From positions 137,743 to 201,742 of the forward strand of contig CAYSKO010000001.1 in the NCBI GenBank assembly GCA_964431835.1: a stretch of 64,000 nucleotides of DNA, read 5' to 3'. Positions 38,455 to 47,881 of this stretch are shown one piece after another (the stretch's first letter is position 1; each line of letters begins with the position of its first letter). A model generated the notes under the pieces. It worked only from the letters and a program-made list of their open reading frames with translations, was not told where the DNA came from and made no database searches. Source of the DNA: an uncultured Planctomycetia bacterium. GTDB lineage: Bacteria > Omnitrophota > Gorgyraeia > 2-02-FULL-51-18. The translations under genes and the position numbers were made by a program.

Positions 38455-39540
38455 ATGTCCGCCCCTCTAAAGACCGCCGCGATCGTTGCGGCGGTTTCGT
38501 TTGTTACTCTTCTGGTTCTCGCCGCGGCGCTTCTGGCCGTCGAAGGCTACCCGGCGATGGCGTCCGTCGTCCGGGAATGGTCTGCACCGCGCCCCTCGGC
38601 CGAACGCCTGCACACCGGGTTCGATCCCGATCTCGGATGGATCAATCTTCCGAACCTGCGCTTGAAGGATCTGTACGCCCCGGGTGCTTCGCTTTCCACG
38701 AACGCGCGCGGCTTCCGCGGGCTCCGGGAAACCTCCGACCGCCCGTCCCCCCGAAAGTTTCGCGTGATTTGTTCCGGCGATTCGTTCACGCTCGGCTACG
38801 GCGTCGACGACGCAGAAACCTGGCCCGCGGCGCTTGAGCGACTGGAACCGCGCGTGGACACCGTGAATCTGGGGCTCGGCGGCTACGGCGTCGATCAGTC
38901 GTACCTGCGCTTTCGCCGCGACGCCGCCCCACTCCAACACGACCTGCACGTTCTGGCTTTCATCTACGCCGATTTCGAGCGCATGAAAAGCCGCCAGTTC
39001 TTCGGCTATTCGAAGCCGCACTTGAGCGTCGAGCACGGCCGCTTGCGCGTCGAGCCTCCGCTGGTTTCCGATGGGGAGCCCGGGCCGCCGTCCCGTCTTT
39101 CGCGGATGCTCGTGGCGTTGCACCGGCTGGAAACCGTCCGGTTCTTCGAGAGCTTCGCGCGTCGCCACGTGCTCTCCGCCGACGACGCGGAGGTTCGGGC
39201 CGTGGCGCTGGCCATCTTCGAGGAGCTCGACCGCGAAAGCCGCCACCGGGGCGGCCGCTTCGTGGCCGTGTACCTGCCGACGCTCATGGACGAGGATCCG
39301 ACCCGGCTCGACGGGCTCCGGGCCTTCCTCACACGGGAACTCGGCAATCGCGGAATCCCGTTTATCGATTTGACGACGGAGTTCCGCCGTCTTCCCGGAA
39401 AACGGCTTGAAAGCCTTTTCATCGACGGCCGAGATTCCAAGTTCCTGGGCGCCGACGGCCATTACACTCCCGCCGGAAACCGCCTCGTCGCGCGGCTCCT
39501 CCGCGACCGTCTGCCTCTCCCAAAGAAGCGCCCCGCTTAA
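38455..39540 (+). CDS. Membrane-anchored SGNH/GDSL hydrolase
   Basis: TM anchor and ICSGDSFTLGYGV block I. Confidence 0.65.
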   Translation: MSAPLKTAAIVAAVSFVTLLVLAAALLAVEGYPAMASVVREWSAPRPSAERLHTGFDPDLGWINLPNLRLKDLYAPGASLSTNARGFRGLRETSDRPSPRKFRVICSGDSFTLGYGVDDAETWPAALERLEPRVDTVNLGLGGYGVDQSYLRFRRDAAPLQHDLHVLAFIYADFERMKSRQFFGYSKPHLSVEHGRLRVEPPLVSDGEPGPPSRLSRMLVALHRLETVRFFESFARRHVLSADDAEVRAVALAIFEELDRESRHRGGRFVAVYLPTLMDEDPTRLDGLRAFLTRELGNRGIPFIDLTTEFRRLPGKRLESLFIDGRDSKFLGADGHYTPAGNRLVARLLRDRLPLPKKRPA

Positions 39541-39647
39541 AATCTTCTAACGCGCGCGAACGCGTGGCGCGGCAGTTGGAGGAAATCCAAAAAACGCACA
39601 CCGCGATGAGCCAGCTCCAGAGCGAACTTAAACGCTAGAAAACCCCC

Positions 39648-39676
39648 TTGTATTTTGAACGAACGTTCAATATAAT
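39648..39676 (+). promoter_or_regulatory. Promoter TTGTAT-17-TATAAT with embedded palindrome TTGAACG-AA-CGTTCAA (Cheo/LexA-like GAAC-N4-GTTC). ATG is 6 nt downstream (leaderless)
   Basis: Palindrome at 39655-39670, inside the spacer. Confidence 0.5.
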
Positions 39677-39682
39677 GGAAGC

Positions 39683-40747
39683 ATGGTCCTCCAGAACAAA
39701 CCCCTCAGAGGCCGCGGAGCCGCGGAAAACCCTAAAAACCGTTTCGTGGAGTCGTCTTTCGAGCGGGACGACGAAGCCTGGGAGGACCCCGAGGCGCCCT
39801 CTCCGCAGACCCGTTTCTTCGAGAGCAAGGCGCGCACGGCCGTCACGTTCAACGACAGTCCCGACGTGGGACCTGGCGCAACCCTCAATCCTTACCGAGG
39901 ATGCGAGCACGGTTGCATCTATTGCTACGCACGGCCCACGCACGAGTACTTCGGTTTTTCGGGCGGACTGGATTTCGAAACGAAAATTCTCATGAAGCCG
40001 GATCTTCCCGAGACGCTCCGGAAAGAGCTTTCGTCGAAACGGTGGAAGCCGCAGACGATCGCGATGAGCGGCGTCACCGACTGCTACCAGCCCGCCGAGC
40101 GGCAATTCGGCCTCACGCGCCGCTGTTTGGAAGTGCTCGCCGAATTTCGGAATCCGGTCGTCGTCGTCACGAAGAATTTCCTCGTGACGCGCGACGCCGA
40201 TCATTTGGCGGCCTTGGCCGTCCACCGCGCGTCCCTCGTCGTCCTTTCCGTCACGACCCTCGACCCGGACTTAAGCCGCGTCATGGAACCGCGTGCGTCT
40301 CATCCCAAAAAAAGGCTAGAAGCGATCGAGGCGCTCACTCGCGCGGGAATTCCGGTGACCGTGAACATCGCACCCGTGATTCCGGGGCTCACGGATCACG
40401 AGATCCCCGCGATTCTCGCCGCGACGCGGGCGGCCGGAGCGCTTTCGGCCTCGTTTATTCCCGTGCGGCTGCCGCACGGCAACGCCGCTTTGTTCGAGGA
40501 GTGGCTGGGCCGCCACTTTCCCGGCCGTAAGGATAAGATCCTCAACCGCATCCGCGAAATGCGCGGGGGAAAGCTCAACGACGCGCGTTTCGGTTCCCGG
40601 ATGTCGGGGGAGGGGCTTTTCGCGGATCAAATGGCGAGTCTGTTCGACGTCGCTTACCGGAAGGCCGGTTTTCCGGAGGAAGGTCCGCGGCTGTCGGTGG
40701 CCGCGTTCCGGCGGCCCTCTCCACCGGACCTCTTTCCCGGGTTTTGA
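39683..40747 (+). CDS. Radical SAM DNA-repair-type protein (SplB/COG1533-like)
   Basis: NPYRGCEHGCIYCYA cluster and size. Confidence 0.75.
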   Translation: MVLQNKPLRGRGAAENPKNRFVESSFERDDEAWEDPEAPSPQTRFFESKARTAVTFNDSPDVGPGATLNPYRGCEHGCIYCYARPTHEYFGFSGGLDFETKILMKPDLPETLRKELSSKRWKPQTIAMSGVTDCYQPAERQFGLTRRCLEVLAEFRNPVVVVTKNFLVTRDADHLAALAVHRASLVVLSVTTLDPDLSRVMEPRASHPKKRLEAIEALTRAGIPVTVNIAPVIPGLTDHEIPAILAATRAAGALSASFIPVRLPHGNAALFEEWLGRHFPGRKDKILNRIREMRGGKLNDARFGSRMSGEGLFADQMASLFDVAYRKAGFPEEGPRLSVAAFRRPSPPDLFPGF

Positions 40748-40800
40748 TTAAAAAAAATTAATCCAAAATTAAGCTCTCCTTAATCGCTCCGGGAGTATGC
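40747..40800 (+). promoter_or_regulatory. AT-rich phased hexamer module (copy K) ending in TATGCT
   Basis: TGATTAAaaaaaatTAATCCaaaatTAAGCTctcctTAATCG...GAGTATGCT. Confidence 0.4.
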
Positions 40801-40820
40801 TGTCGAGAGGAGGTCCAAGA

Positions 40821-41921
40821 ATGACGAGAGCCTCGCTCGGCGAAGCTAAAAGCTTCTTCGCCGCCATGTTCAAGGAATTCATGGCCGACAAATGCTTCCA
40901 TTTGTCGGCTGCGCTCTCGTATTACACGCTATTCTCGCTCGCGCCGTTTCTGATCCTCGTGATCGCGGTGGCGGGCCTTTTTTTCGGCCGTGAAGCGGTG
41001 ACCGGTGAGATCTTTCAACAGCTGCGCGGGCTGATCGGCGCCGAGGGAGCCGCCGCGATCCAGGAGATGATCGAGAAGGCGGGCGCTCCCAAGGCGGGGC
41101 GGTGGGCCGCGGCGCTCGGAGCGGGAACCCTTCTTTTGGGCGCGACCACCGTCTTCATTCAGCTCCAAGACGCGCTGAACATGATTTGGAGCGTCAAGGC
41201 GAAGCCGAAGCGCGGAATTTTCAAGATGGTGCGGGACCGACTCCTATCCTTCGGGATGATCCTCGGGGTGGGTTTTCTGCTGCTCGTTTCTCTCGCCGCC
41301 CACGGGCTTATCACCATTCTTTCGCGCTGGCTCGAGCACGCGCTCCCGTATTTTCCGGTCGCGGTAGTCCGCGCGATAGAAATCGCCGTCTCGTTCGGCA
41401 TGACGGGTCTTCTCTTCGCGATGCTTTTCAAGTTCCTTCCCGACGCGAAAGTGCGCTGGCGCGACACATGGATCGGCGCGTTCGCGACGGCCGGACTTTT
41501 TTCAGCAGGCAAGGTGATGATCGGCCTTTACCTGGGTCAAAGCAACCTCGCTTCGACGTACGGGGCCGCCGCCGCCATCGTCCTGGTCATCCTTTGGGTG
41601 AATTACTCCTCGCTGATCCTTTTTTTCGGCGCCGAATTTACGCAGGTCTGGGCTTGCCGCTACGGCACCGAGATCGTTCCCCGCGATTACGCGGTCCGCG
41701 TGAAAAAGCTCGAGGAAGTCGTCGAAGCCGGGCCGGACGCCGAACTGACCCCGCCGCCGCCGTCCCCGCCGCCGCGCCGCACAGGCTTCCGGGACCCGGA
41801 GCTCGACCGGAAAATTGTCCGCTCGGCGATGGAGCTTGCGGCGCTTTCCGCGTTGTCCCGCGTTCTCCTTCGATGGAAAGAACGCCGCGAACGAAAACGC
41901 GGCGGACGTTCGGCCGCGTGA
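40821..41921 (+). CDS. YihY/BrkB family inner membrane protein
   Basis: ALSYYTLFSLAPFLIL and multiple TM helices. SD GAGAGGAGG. Confidence 0.75.
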   Translation: MTRASLGEAKSFFAAMFKEFMADKCFHLSAALSYYTLFSLAPFLILVIAVAGLFFGREAVTGEIFQQLRGLIGAEGAAAIQEMIEKAGAPKAGRWAAALGAGTLLLGATTVFIQLQDALNMIWSVKAKPKRGIFKMVRDRLLSFGMILGVGFLLLVSLAAHGLITILSRWLEHALPYFPVAVVRAIEIAVSFGMTGLLFAMLFKFLPDAKVRWRDTWIGAFATAGLFSAGKVMIGLYLGQSNLASTYGAAAAIVLVILWVNYSSLILFFGAEFTQVWACRYGTEIVPRDYAVRVKKLEEVVEAGPDAELTPPPPSPPPRRTGFRDPELDRKIVRSAMELAALSALSRVLLRWKERRERKRGGRSAA

Positions 41922-42844
41922 AGCGGCCCCTGGGCGACGCCGTCTGGGACGTGATCGTGGTGGGCGGGGGTCCTGCGGGTCTTTCCGCAGCGCTCATTCT
42001 CGGCCGCTGCCGCCGGCGCGTCTTGGTTCTCGACTCCGGCGAATACCGGAACGCGGCGATCCACGCCATGCACGGTTTCCTCTCGCGCGACGGAATCGAC
42101 CCCGCAGAACTCCGCCGGACCGCCCGCGAGCAGCTAGCCGCCTATGACGGCGTCGAGCTTCGAAGCGTCGAAGCCGTCGACGCAGAGATGCAGGGAGGAC
42201 ACTTCGACGTCTCGCTCGCGGACGGATCGACCGAGCGGACGCGAAAACTCCTTCTGGCGACCGGGATGAGCGATGAGCTTCCGCCCATCCCGGGAATCCG
42301 CGCGTTTTACGGAACGAGCGTTTTCCATTGTCCGTACTGCGACGGTTGGGAGGCGCGCGACCGCCCGGTTTCCGTGTACGGCTGCGGAGAGAAGGGCGTT
42401 TCCTTCGCGCAGACCCTCTCTTTTTGGACGAGGGATCTCACGCTCGTCACCGACGGCGGCGAGCCGCCGGACGACGCGGGCCTAAAAAAATTGGCCGCCC
42501 GTGGGATCGCCCTGAAAACGGAGCCGATCGAGCGTCTCGTCGGCGACGCCGGACGTCTCCAATCGCTCCTCTTCAGCGACGGTTCGCGTCTCGAGAGCGA
42601 GTTCCTCTTTTTTTGCACCGGGAAATGGCAGCGCTCGGGTCTGCCCGAAAAGCTCGGCTGCAAATTCCTGCCCGGCGGCGACGTCGCGACGCGTCGCGAC
42701 CAATCGGCGCGTCAGCCCGGATTGTTCGTGGCCGGCGACGCCGCGGAGGATCTCAAGCTCGCGATTGTCGCCGCCGCCGAAGGCGCGAAGGCTGCCTTTT
42801 CCGTCCATTCCGAGCTCATGAACGAGGATCTGGGGGAAGCCTGA
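41918..42844 (+). CDS. NAD(P)/FAD-dependent oxidoreductase (thioredoxin-reductase-like, CxxC)
   Basis: VIVVGGGPAG Rossmann fold and HCPYCDGWE redox motif. GTG overlaps the upstream stop. Confidence 0.7.
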   Translation: MKRPLGDAVWDVIVVGGGPAGLSAALILGRCRRRVLVLDSGEYRNAAIHAMHGFLSRDGIDPAELRRTAREQLAAYDGVELRSVEAVDAEMQGGHFDVSLADGSTERTRKLLLATGMSDELPPIPGIRAFYGTSVFHCPYCDGWEARDRPVSVYGCGEKGVSFAQTLSFWTRDLTLVTDGGEPPDDAGLKKLAARGIALKTEPIERLVGDAGRLQSLLFSDGSRLESEFLFFCTGKWQRSGLPEKLGCKFLPGGDVATRRDQSARQPGLFVAGDAAEDLKLAIVAAAEGAKAAFSVHSELMNEDLGEA

Positions 42845-42888
42845 TACCCGAACTGCCCTCGCTGCCAAAAGCCCTGACGGGTGGTACA

Positions 42889-44379
42889 ATGGCGGTCCCT
42901 ATGGAAAAGACGCTTCCTCCCAAGATGCCCAATCCTTTCGCCCCGCGTACGTACGGCGAGCTCCAGCGCGTGTCCGAACGCGTGTGGATCGTCCGCAACA
43001 TCACGAATTCCTCTTTCGTCGTGGGGGACCGGGGCGTCGCGGTGATCGACACGCAGGTGAACAAAGCCTCGGCCGAGCGCCTGGCGGCGTTCGTCAAGGA
43101 AGTCACCGACAAGCCGGTTCTTTACGTGGTGAACACGCACTACCATTGGGACCACACGAACGGGAACGCCCTTTTCAAGAAACAGGGGGCCGCGGTCGTC
43201 TCCTCGAAGCTCACGAAGGAGTTCATGACCGTGCGCGCACCGCGTCAGAAGGAATTTCTCGCCGGCCGCGGCTTCGAGCTGGGGAACGACCCTCTCCTTC
43301 CCGACGAAACGTTCGAAGGCGAGACCACGCTCGACTTGGGCGGCGTGACGCTGCGGCTTTTCTTCGCGGGGAAAGCCGAATCCGACGATGCGACCGCCGT
43401 GTGGGTCGACCCCGATCGCGTACTCATGGCGGGCGATACCATTATGACGGGGAGTTTTCCGATTTTCGGCCAGCCCGTCTGGGACGAGGGGCTCCAGGGC
43501 GACGGCGCATGGCAGGAGGCGGTCCGTCGCTTGTCGGCGCTCGACCCTTCGCGAATCGTTCCCGGGCACGGCCCTCTCGCTACGAAAGAAGACGTAAATA
43601 GGCTTCTCGAGATCGAAGATTACTTCTGTGCGGAAGTCGCCGCGTGCGTGAAGAAAGGCCTTTCGCTCGAGCGGACGATCGCCGAGCTCGAGCCGCGGCT
43701 TCCCGCGTGGATGCGCGGAATTCCGGTGGTTTGGGGCTCACCGCGGTATGCGATCCTGCGCGTCTGGCGCGGGCTGACACGCCCGTCCGCCGACGCGGAG
43801 CCCGGCTGGCAGAAGATGAAGCCGAGCGCCGTCCCGTCCGCGCCGGAAGCCACGGTCGCTTCGAAAACGGCAAACGCCCGTGAGCTCGGCGATTATTCGC
43901 GGATGGCCGAAGAGGCGGGTGAAGGCGGAGACGCGGGGCTCAAACTCGCGCTCCTCGAGAAAGCCGCGGACGCAAGCGGCCGCGCGCCGGAGGCGCTCTG
44001 CGCGTGGGCCGAGGCGCTCATCGACGAATCGCGCCGGGAGCCATCGGTTCTCGAGAAAGGCGATTTCTTTTCGCGCGCCCGTGCGCTTTGGGACGAGGCC
44101 CTCGCGCGCCGTACCGATCATGGCGGCGCGCTCCTGGGGAAGGGTCGCTACCTCACGATGATGGCGTTCCGCGGCGGCGACGATCCTTCGGAAGGCATGC
44201 GGTTCCTCGAAAAAGCCGCGGCTCTTTCAGAGGCGGGCCGCCCGCGCGCGGAGGCGGAATTTTATCTCGGGATCGGTTTCCGGCGGCTCGGCGACGAGTC
44301 TCAGGCTCGCGAGCGTTTCCGAAGAGCGCTCGCGTTCGATCCTTCCTTCGTACCGGCGGCGCTCGCGTCGCAATCCTGA
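42889..44379 (+). CDS. MBL-fold metallo-hydrolase with C-terminal TPR-like region
   Basis: HYHWDH and GHG motifs. C-terminal helical repeats. Confidence 0.65.
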   Translation: MAVPMEKTLPPKMPNPFAPRTYGELQRVSERVWIVRNITNSSFVVGDRGVAVIDTQVNKASAERLAAFVKEVTDKPVLYVVNTHYHWDHTNGNALFKKQGAAVVSSKLTKEFMTVRAPRQKEFLAGRGFELGNDPLLPDETFEGETTLDLGGVTLRLFFAGKAESDDATAVWVDPDRVLMAGDTIMTGSFPIFGQPVWDEGLQGDGAWQEAVRRLSALDPSRIVPGHGPLATKEDVNRLLEIEDYFCAEVAACVKKGLSLERTIAELEPRLPAWMRGIPVVWGSPRYAILRVWRGLTRPSADAEPGWQKMKPSAVPSAPEATVASKTANARELGDYSRMAEEAGEGGDAGLKLALLEKAADASGRAPEALCAWAEALIDESRREPSVLEKGDFFSRARALWDEALARRTDHGGALLGKGRYLTMMAFRGGDDPSEGMRFLEKAAALSEAGRPRAEAEFYLGIGFRRLGDESQARERFRRALAFDPSFVPAALASQS

Positions 44380-44445
44380 TCAATTAAAAATTTTTAATAA
44401 TATTCTAACCCGTCCTTAACGTCCTTTCGGTTATCCTAACTCTCG
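44380..44445 (+). promoter_or_regulatory. AT-rich phased hexamer module (copy L)
   Basis: TAAaaattttTAATAAtattcTAACCCgtccTTAACG...TATCCTAACTC. Confidence 0.4.
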
Positions 44446-44595
44446 TAAACCGAAAAGGAGCGTCCGTGAGAGAATCTCTCCGTTTTCGCGTTCCTGCCGT
44501 GAAGCCGCCGCGCCGGCCGCAATTCCCCGATTCGTTTTCTCTAGACAACGACGTTCGCGAACCCGGCTTCATACGGCCGGAGAAGGGAATGCCCC

Positions 44596-44886
44596 ATGCT
44601 GATGATCATGACCGTGGTTCCCGTAGGCAAAAAGGCGGCGCAGCGAGATCTCACTCAGGCGTTCGACATCCAAGACCCGGCGGGCCGCAGCGTGGAGGAA
44701 AGGCTCACCGCCGAAGGCGGGTTGGATGAAATCCTTCAGTTCGTAGCGCGCTGCCAGCACCGCTTCAGCGATGTGCTGGGAGAATCGGTCGTCTTCGTCA
44801 ATTTCCAGGAACCGGAGGACGGGGACGGCTGGCTCGTCCGCGAAGATCCGGAAACGCCGGACGAGTTCGCTCCCTCGCTCAACTGA
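44596..44886 (+). CDS. Hypothetical small protein (96 aa)
   Basis: Acidic and plausible, but about 150 nt from the module. The alternative Arg/Pro-rich ORF at 44466-44729 is rejected. Confidence 0.3.
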   Translation: MLMIMTVVPVGKKAAQRDLTQAFDIQDPAGRSVEERLTAEGGLDEILQFVARCQHRFSDVLGESVVFVNFQEPEDGDGWLVREDPETPDEFAPSLN

Positions 44887-45055
44887 GGGGGCGCTTCCCT
44901 AACACCGCTTACAAAGCGCGTTACCCGGGCTACGACTCCCTCTCGGAGCCGTAGCCTTTTTTTTGGCCCCCTTTTTTCATTGTATCCGCCGCGAGGGAGG
45001 GGTATAAAGGGAGAACACCGCGCGAGACGGCGCACCTACTCTGGATGATAAAAAA

Positions 45056-45445
45056 ATGACGACGACCCGTAACGTGAAGCTTCTTTTGATCGAAGACGAC
45101 CAGGACGACGCGCTGCTTTTCGAAGAAACCCTCTCGAGCGTCGACGATTCGCTGAAAGTGAAGATGGAGTGGGTGGACAGTCTAGAGGAAGGCCTCGAAC
45201 GCATCGTGGGCGGCGGTTACGACGTGATCTTCCTGGATTTGTCGCTGCCGGGTACGCATGGGATCGACACTTTCCTCACACTACACAACCAGTACCCCAT
45301 TTTGCCGATCGTCATCCTCACGGGCTTCACGCACGACTCGTTCGCGGACGAAGCCCGGCGCCAGGGCGCCCACGATTATCTTGTCAAAGGCGACATCGAC
45401 GGCGACGCGCTGACCCGCGTGCTGACCTCCCTCTTCGAAGACTGA
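45056..45445 (+). CDS. Single-domain response regulator (receiver)
   Basis: KLLLIEDDQDD...FLDLSLPGTHG...LTGF. Confidence 0.75.
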   Translation: MTTTRNVKLLLIEDDQDDALLFEETLSSVDDSLKVKMEWVDSLEEGLERIVGGGYDVIFLDLSLPGTHGIDTFLTLHNQYPILPIVILTGFTHDSFADEARRQGAHDYLVKGDIDGDALTRVLTSLFED

Positions 45446-45450
45446 CCGCG

Positions 45451-45505
45451 ATTAGAATTTTCTAATCGGATTCTAACCCGCCTTTAACTTCGCTTTTCGT
45501 ATACT
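45451..45505 (+). promoter_or_regulatory. AT-rich phased hexamer module (copy M) with TTTAAC-11-TATACT
   Basis: ATTAGAAttttcTAATCGgattcTAACCCgccTTTAACttcgcttttcgTATACT. Confidence 0.45.
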
Positions 45506-45555
45506 CTCCTCTAAATCGAGGTCCGCATTCGCGGGCCCTGAAAAAGGGGGGCACA

Positions 45556-46173
45556 ATGGTCACACGAAAGATCCAGCACGCCGCGTTCGCGGCATTCACC
45601 TTGGCCGCACTTCTTCCGTTCTCCGATCCCGCGCTGTCCTTTTGGAACGCGCGCATGGACGTATTGACGCCCGCTCCGGCTCCGCCGGTACCGATGCGCC
45701 TGTACGAGCCGCCCGCGCGACGAGCCATCTTGGTCGATGCCGACGGCCTCGCTCAAAAGACCGCGGACGGTATCTGGATGACCAAGCGCGACCGTAGCCG
45801 CGTATTGATCGAGGACCGGCGTGAAACCCGCCGCGGAATCCCGGTGTACGTGCATCCGGAATCTTCCCCCGTGCTCACCCGGGGAGACGGAAGCGCAGAG
45901 TACACAGCGGCGGAACGCCGTATCGACGTCACCGAACCCGCGGAAGCGCCCGTGTCGGACGAAGTTCTCGCCGCGCGTGTCCGCGAAGCGGTGACCGCCG
46001 AGGAGGCGCTTTATATCGCGGCGCTCAACGTGCGCATTGAAGCCTCCGCTGGGGTGATCACGCTCGCCGGCCGCGTCAATTCGGAAGCCGAGCGACTTGA
46101 AATCCTCGAGAAGGCGCGTCAAACGTCCGGCGTCGCCGGCGTGAACGACCGTCTCGAAACGGCCGCGCTCTAA
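45556..46173 (+). CDS. BON-domain secreted/periplasmic protein
   Basis: Signal peptide and C-terminal BON domain (ITLAGRVNSEAERLEILEKARQTSGVAGVNDRL). Confidence 0.65.
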   Translation: MVTRKIQHAAFAAFTLAALLPFSDPALSFWNARMDVLTPAPAPPVPMRLYEPPARRAILVDADGLAQKTADGIWMTKRDRSRVLIEDRRETRRGIPVYVHPESSPVLTRGDGSAEYTAAERRIDVTEPAEAPVSDEVLAARVREAVTAEEALYIAALNVRIEASAGVITLAGRVNSEAERLEILEKARQTSGVAGVNDRLETAAL

Positions 46174-46186
46174 AGAAAGTTTGTGA

Positions 46187-46224
46187 AAGACCCGCTGGCT
46201 TTCGGGCTGGCGGGTCTTTTTGTG
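46187..46224 (+). terminator. Rho-independent terminator
   Basis: GACCCGCTGGC-tttcgg-GCTGGCGGGTC + TTTTTG. Confidence 0.7.
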
Positions 46225-46232
46225 CGTGTGCG

Positions 46233-46261
46233 TTGACGCACGCGCACCGCGGCGCTAGGAT
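46233..46261 (+). promoter_or_regulatory. Promoter TTGACG-17-TAGGAT, 6 nt before the ATG at 46268 (leaderless). Overlapped by a near-palindrome
   Basis: Canonical 17-nt spacing. Confidence 0.45.
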
Positions 46262-46267
46262 GAATCC

Positions 46268-46579
46268 ATGCGCACCCGCACCCTCGTCCTCGCTTTTTTG
46301 GCCTTCGCCTCCTCGGTCTCGGCCGACGCCGAAAAACTCGCCGGCCGGCAGTGGAAAGGGCTCAGCGAACAGCGCCGGATATACTACGTCTTCGCGATGC
46401 GCGAGAAGCTCCAGGAGAAAGGAATCGTTTTCTCCGTTCCCGCAGGCGATTATCCCGAGATGATCTCCGCAACTCTCCGAAAAACCCCCGCTTTCCTCGA
46501 CCTCGACCTCGACGACGCTTTTCTAGAGACCGTCGCGACGGTCGAGCCCGGCGCCCGCGCCATCCTTAAAAAAAACTAA
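46268..46579 (+). CDS. Small secreted protein (103 aa)
   Basis: Signal peptide. The stop codon sits inside the TAATC hexamer of module N. Confidence 0.45.
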   Translation: MRTRTLVLAFLAFASSVSADAEKLAGRQWKGLSEQRRIYYVFAMREKLQEKGIVFSVPAGDYPEMISATLRKTPAFLDLDLDDAFLETVATVEPGARAILKKN

Positions 46580-46619
46580 TCTGATTTTAACCGTTCTCTA
46601 AGGCCCCGTCGGCTAGACT
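46565..46619 (+). promoter_or_regulatory. AT-rich phased hexamer module (copy N) ending in TAGACT
   Basis: TTAAaaaaaacTAATCTgatttTAACCGttctcTAAGGC...GCTAGACT. Confidence 0.4.
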
Positions 46620-46649
46620 CTCTTTATTCCCTCGCCAATGGAGACCATC

Positions 46650-46769
46650 ATGAAAAAAGTAATGGTTGTCGACGACGTGGTCATCACCCGCGGTTTCTAC
46701 AAAGAGCTTCTTTCGCAGCAAGAATCCGCCGAGGACTCCTCTGCGGAAGAATCGATAGCCGGCCACTAA
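46650..46769 (+). pseudogene. 39-codon remnant resembling the N-terminus of a receiver domain (MKKVMVVDDVVITRGFYKELL), followed by a terminator
   Basis: CheY-like first beta-strand and helix, then a premature stop. A hairpin overlaps the stop. Confidence 0.3.
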
Positions 46770-46796
46770 GCCGGCATCGAAGGTACGATAACGGAC

Positions 46797-46834
46797 GGCC
46801 TGCGGGTGCATCACCCGCAGGCCACGTTTTTTTC
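46797..46834 (+). terminator. Rho-independent terminator
   Basis: GGCCTGCGGGTG-catc-ACCCGCAGGCC + T7. Confidence 0.7.
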
Positions 46835-46857
46835 AACTTAAAACGGGAGACGTAAAA

Positions 46858-47724
46858 ATGAAATCCATGAAAATGACGGGCTGGCTCGTGGCAGCGGCAC
46901 TTTTGGCTTCTACTCCGGTGTGGGCCGAACCGACTGCCGCACAGGCGGACCGGATCAAGCAGGCTCAGCAGGACATCGACGGAATCGCGTCCAAGTCTAC
47001 GGACGACCGGCACGTGCAGGCACTGAAGGGCAAACTGAACGTGAACGACGAAGCGGTCACGCGTCTGCGTGAAAAGAATCAGTCGAAGGGTTGGGGCGAA
47101 ATCGCCGCACAGGCCGCAATGGCGAAGGAGCTCACCCGGTTCAATCCGGGCGCGTACGCCGACACGAACACCGCTCTCGGCGCGATCGAAGAACGCCGTG
47201 CGCAGGGAAAGAATTGGGATGAAATCGCGCGTGACATCGACGCCGCCCAGTTCGATCTCTCCAAGGTGGCTGATGACGTGAACGCCGTCCGCGACGAGTT
47301 CCGCAAAGCGGGTGAAGAGGGTGCTTCGCAGGCTTCGGCGAACGTCGACGGCGCCGCTCAGGAGCTTCGCCAGACCCAGCAGGACATCGACAGAACCGCT
47401 TCGACGCTCGCCTCGGACGAGGAACGCCAGCAAGCGATCGCCACGGCCGTCGGCGCGCCCGCCGAGGACGTGAAAGAAGTGCGTGAGGAGAACAAGAGCG
47501 AAGGTTGGGGCGAGGTCACCGTCCAGCTTGCGCTCGCCAAGGAAATGCACCAGTCGAAATCGGCCGAGTACGCGTCCATGCAGGCTGCGATGGACAAGGT
47601 CGAAGAGCTGCGTAACCAGGGCAAGCGTCTCGAAGAGATCGCCCGCGAACAGAGCATCGAGCTCCGCCCGGTCCTGGACATGGCCAACCGCGTCCGCGAC
47701 GCGTTCAAGACTCGCGCTGCTTAA
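46858..47724 (+). CDS. Secreted protein with internal two-fold repeat
   Basis: Signal peptide. The repeats share QQDID...S and N.SKGWGEI..Q.A.AKE. Confidence 0.5.
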   Translation: MKSMKMTGWLVAAALLASTPVWAEPTAAQADRIKQAQQDIDGIASKSTDDRHVQALKGKLNVNDEAVTRLREKNQSKGWGEIAAQAAMAKELTRFNPGAYADTNTALGAIEERRAQGKNWDEIARDIDAAQFDLSKVADDVNAVRDEFRKAGEEGASQASANVDGAAQELRQTQQDIDRTASTLASDEERQQAIATAVGAPAEDVKEVREENKSEGWGEVTVQLALAKEMHQSKSAEYASMQAAMDKVEELRNQGKRLEEIAREQSIELRPVLDMANRVRDAFKTRAA

Positions 47725-47881
47725 GTCTATGTTTTAAAACGGTTTAGGAAGGTCGGTAGGGAATGCGAATCGTTTTTCTCGCACGCGTTTGGTGGAGATT
47801 CGAATTCTCTACCGATCGGCCGTTCCGTTTTTCGGTTGATTTTCGGGCTCAGGCGAGCTAGTTTATAGGCTCTGAGCCAAA

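Noticed and set aside
44466-44729. Track ORF immediately after module L with a GTG start and AAAAGGAG upstream.
   Set aside because: The translation is Arg/Pro-rich junk. The overlapping frame 44596-44886 looks more protein-like, although still at low confidence.
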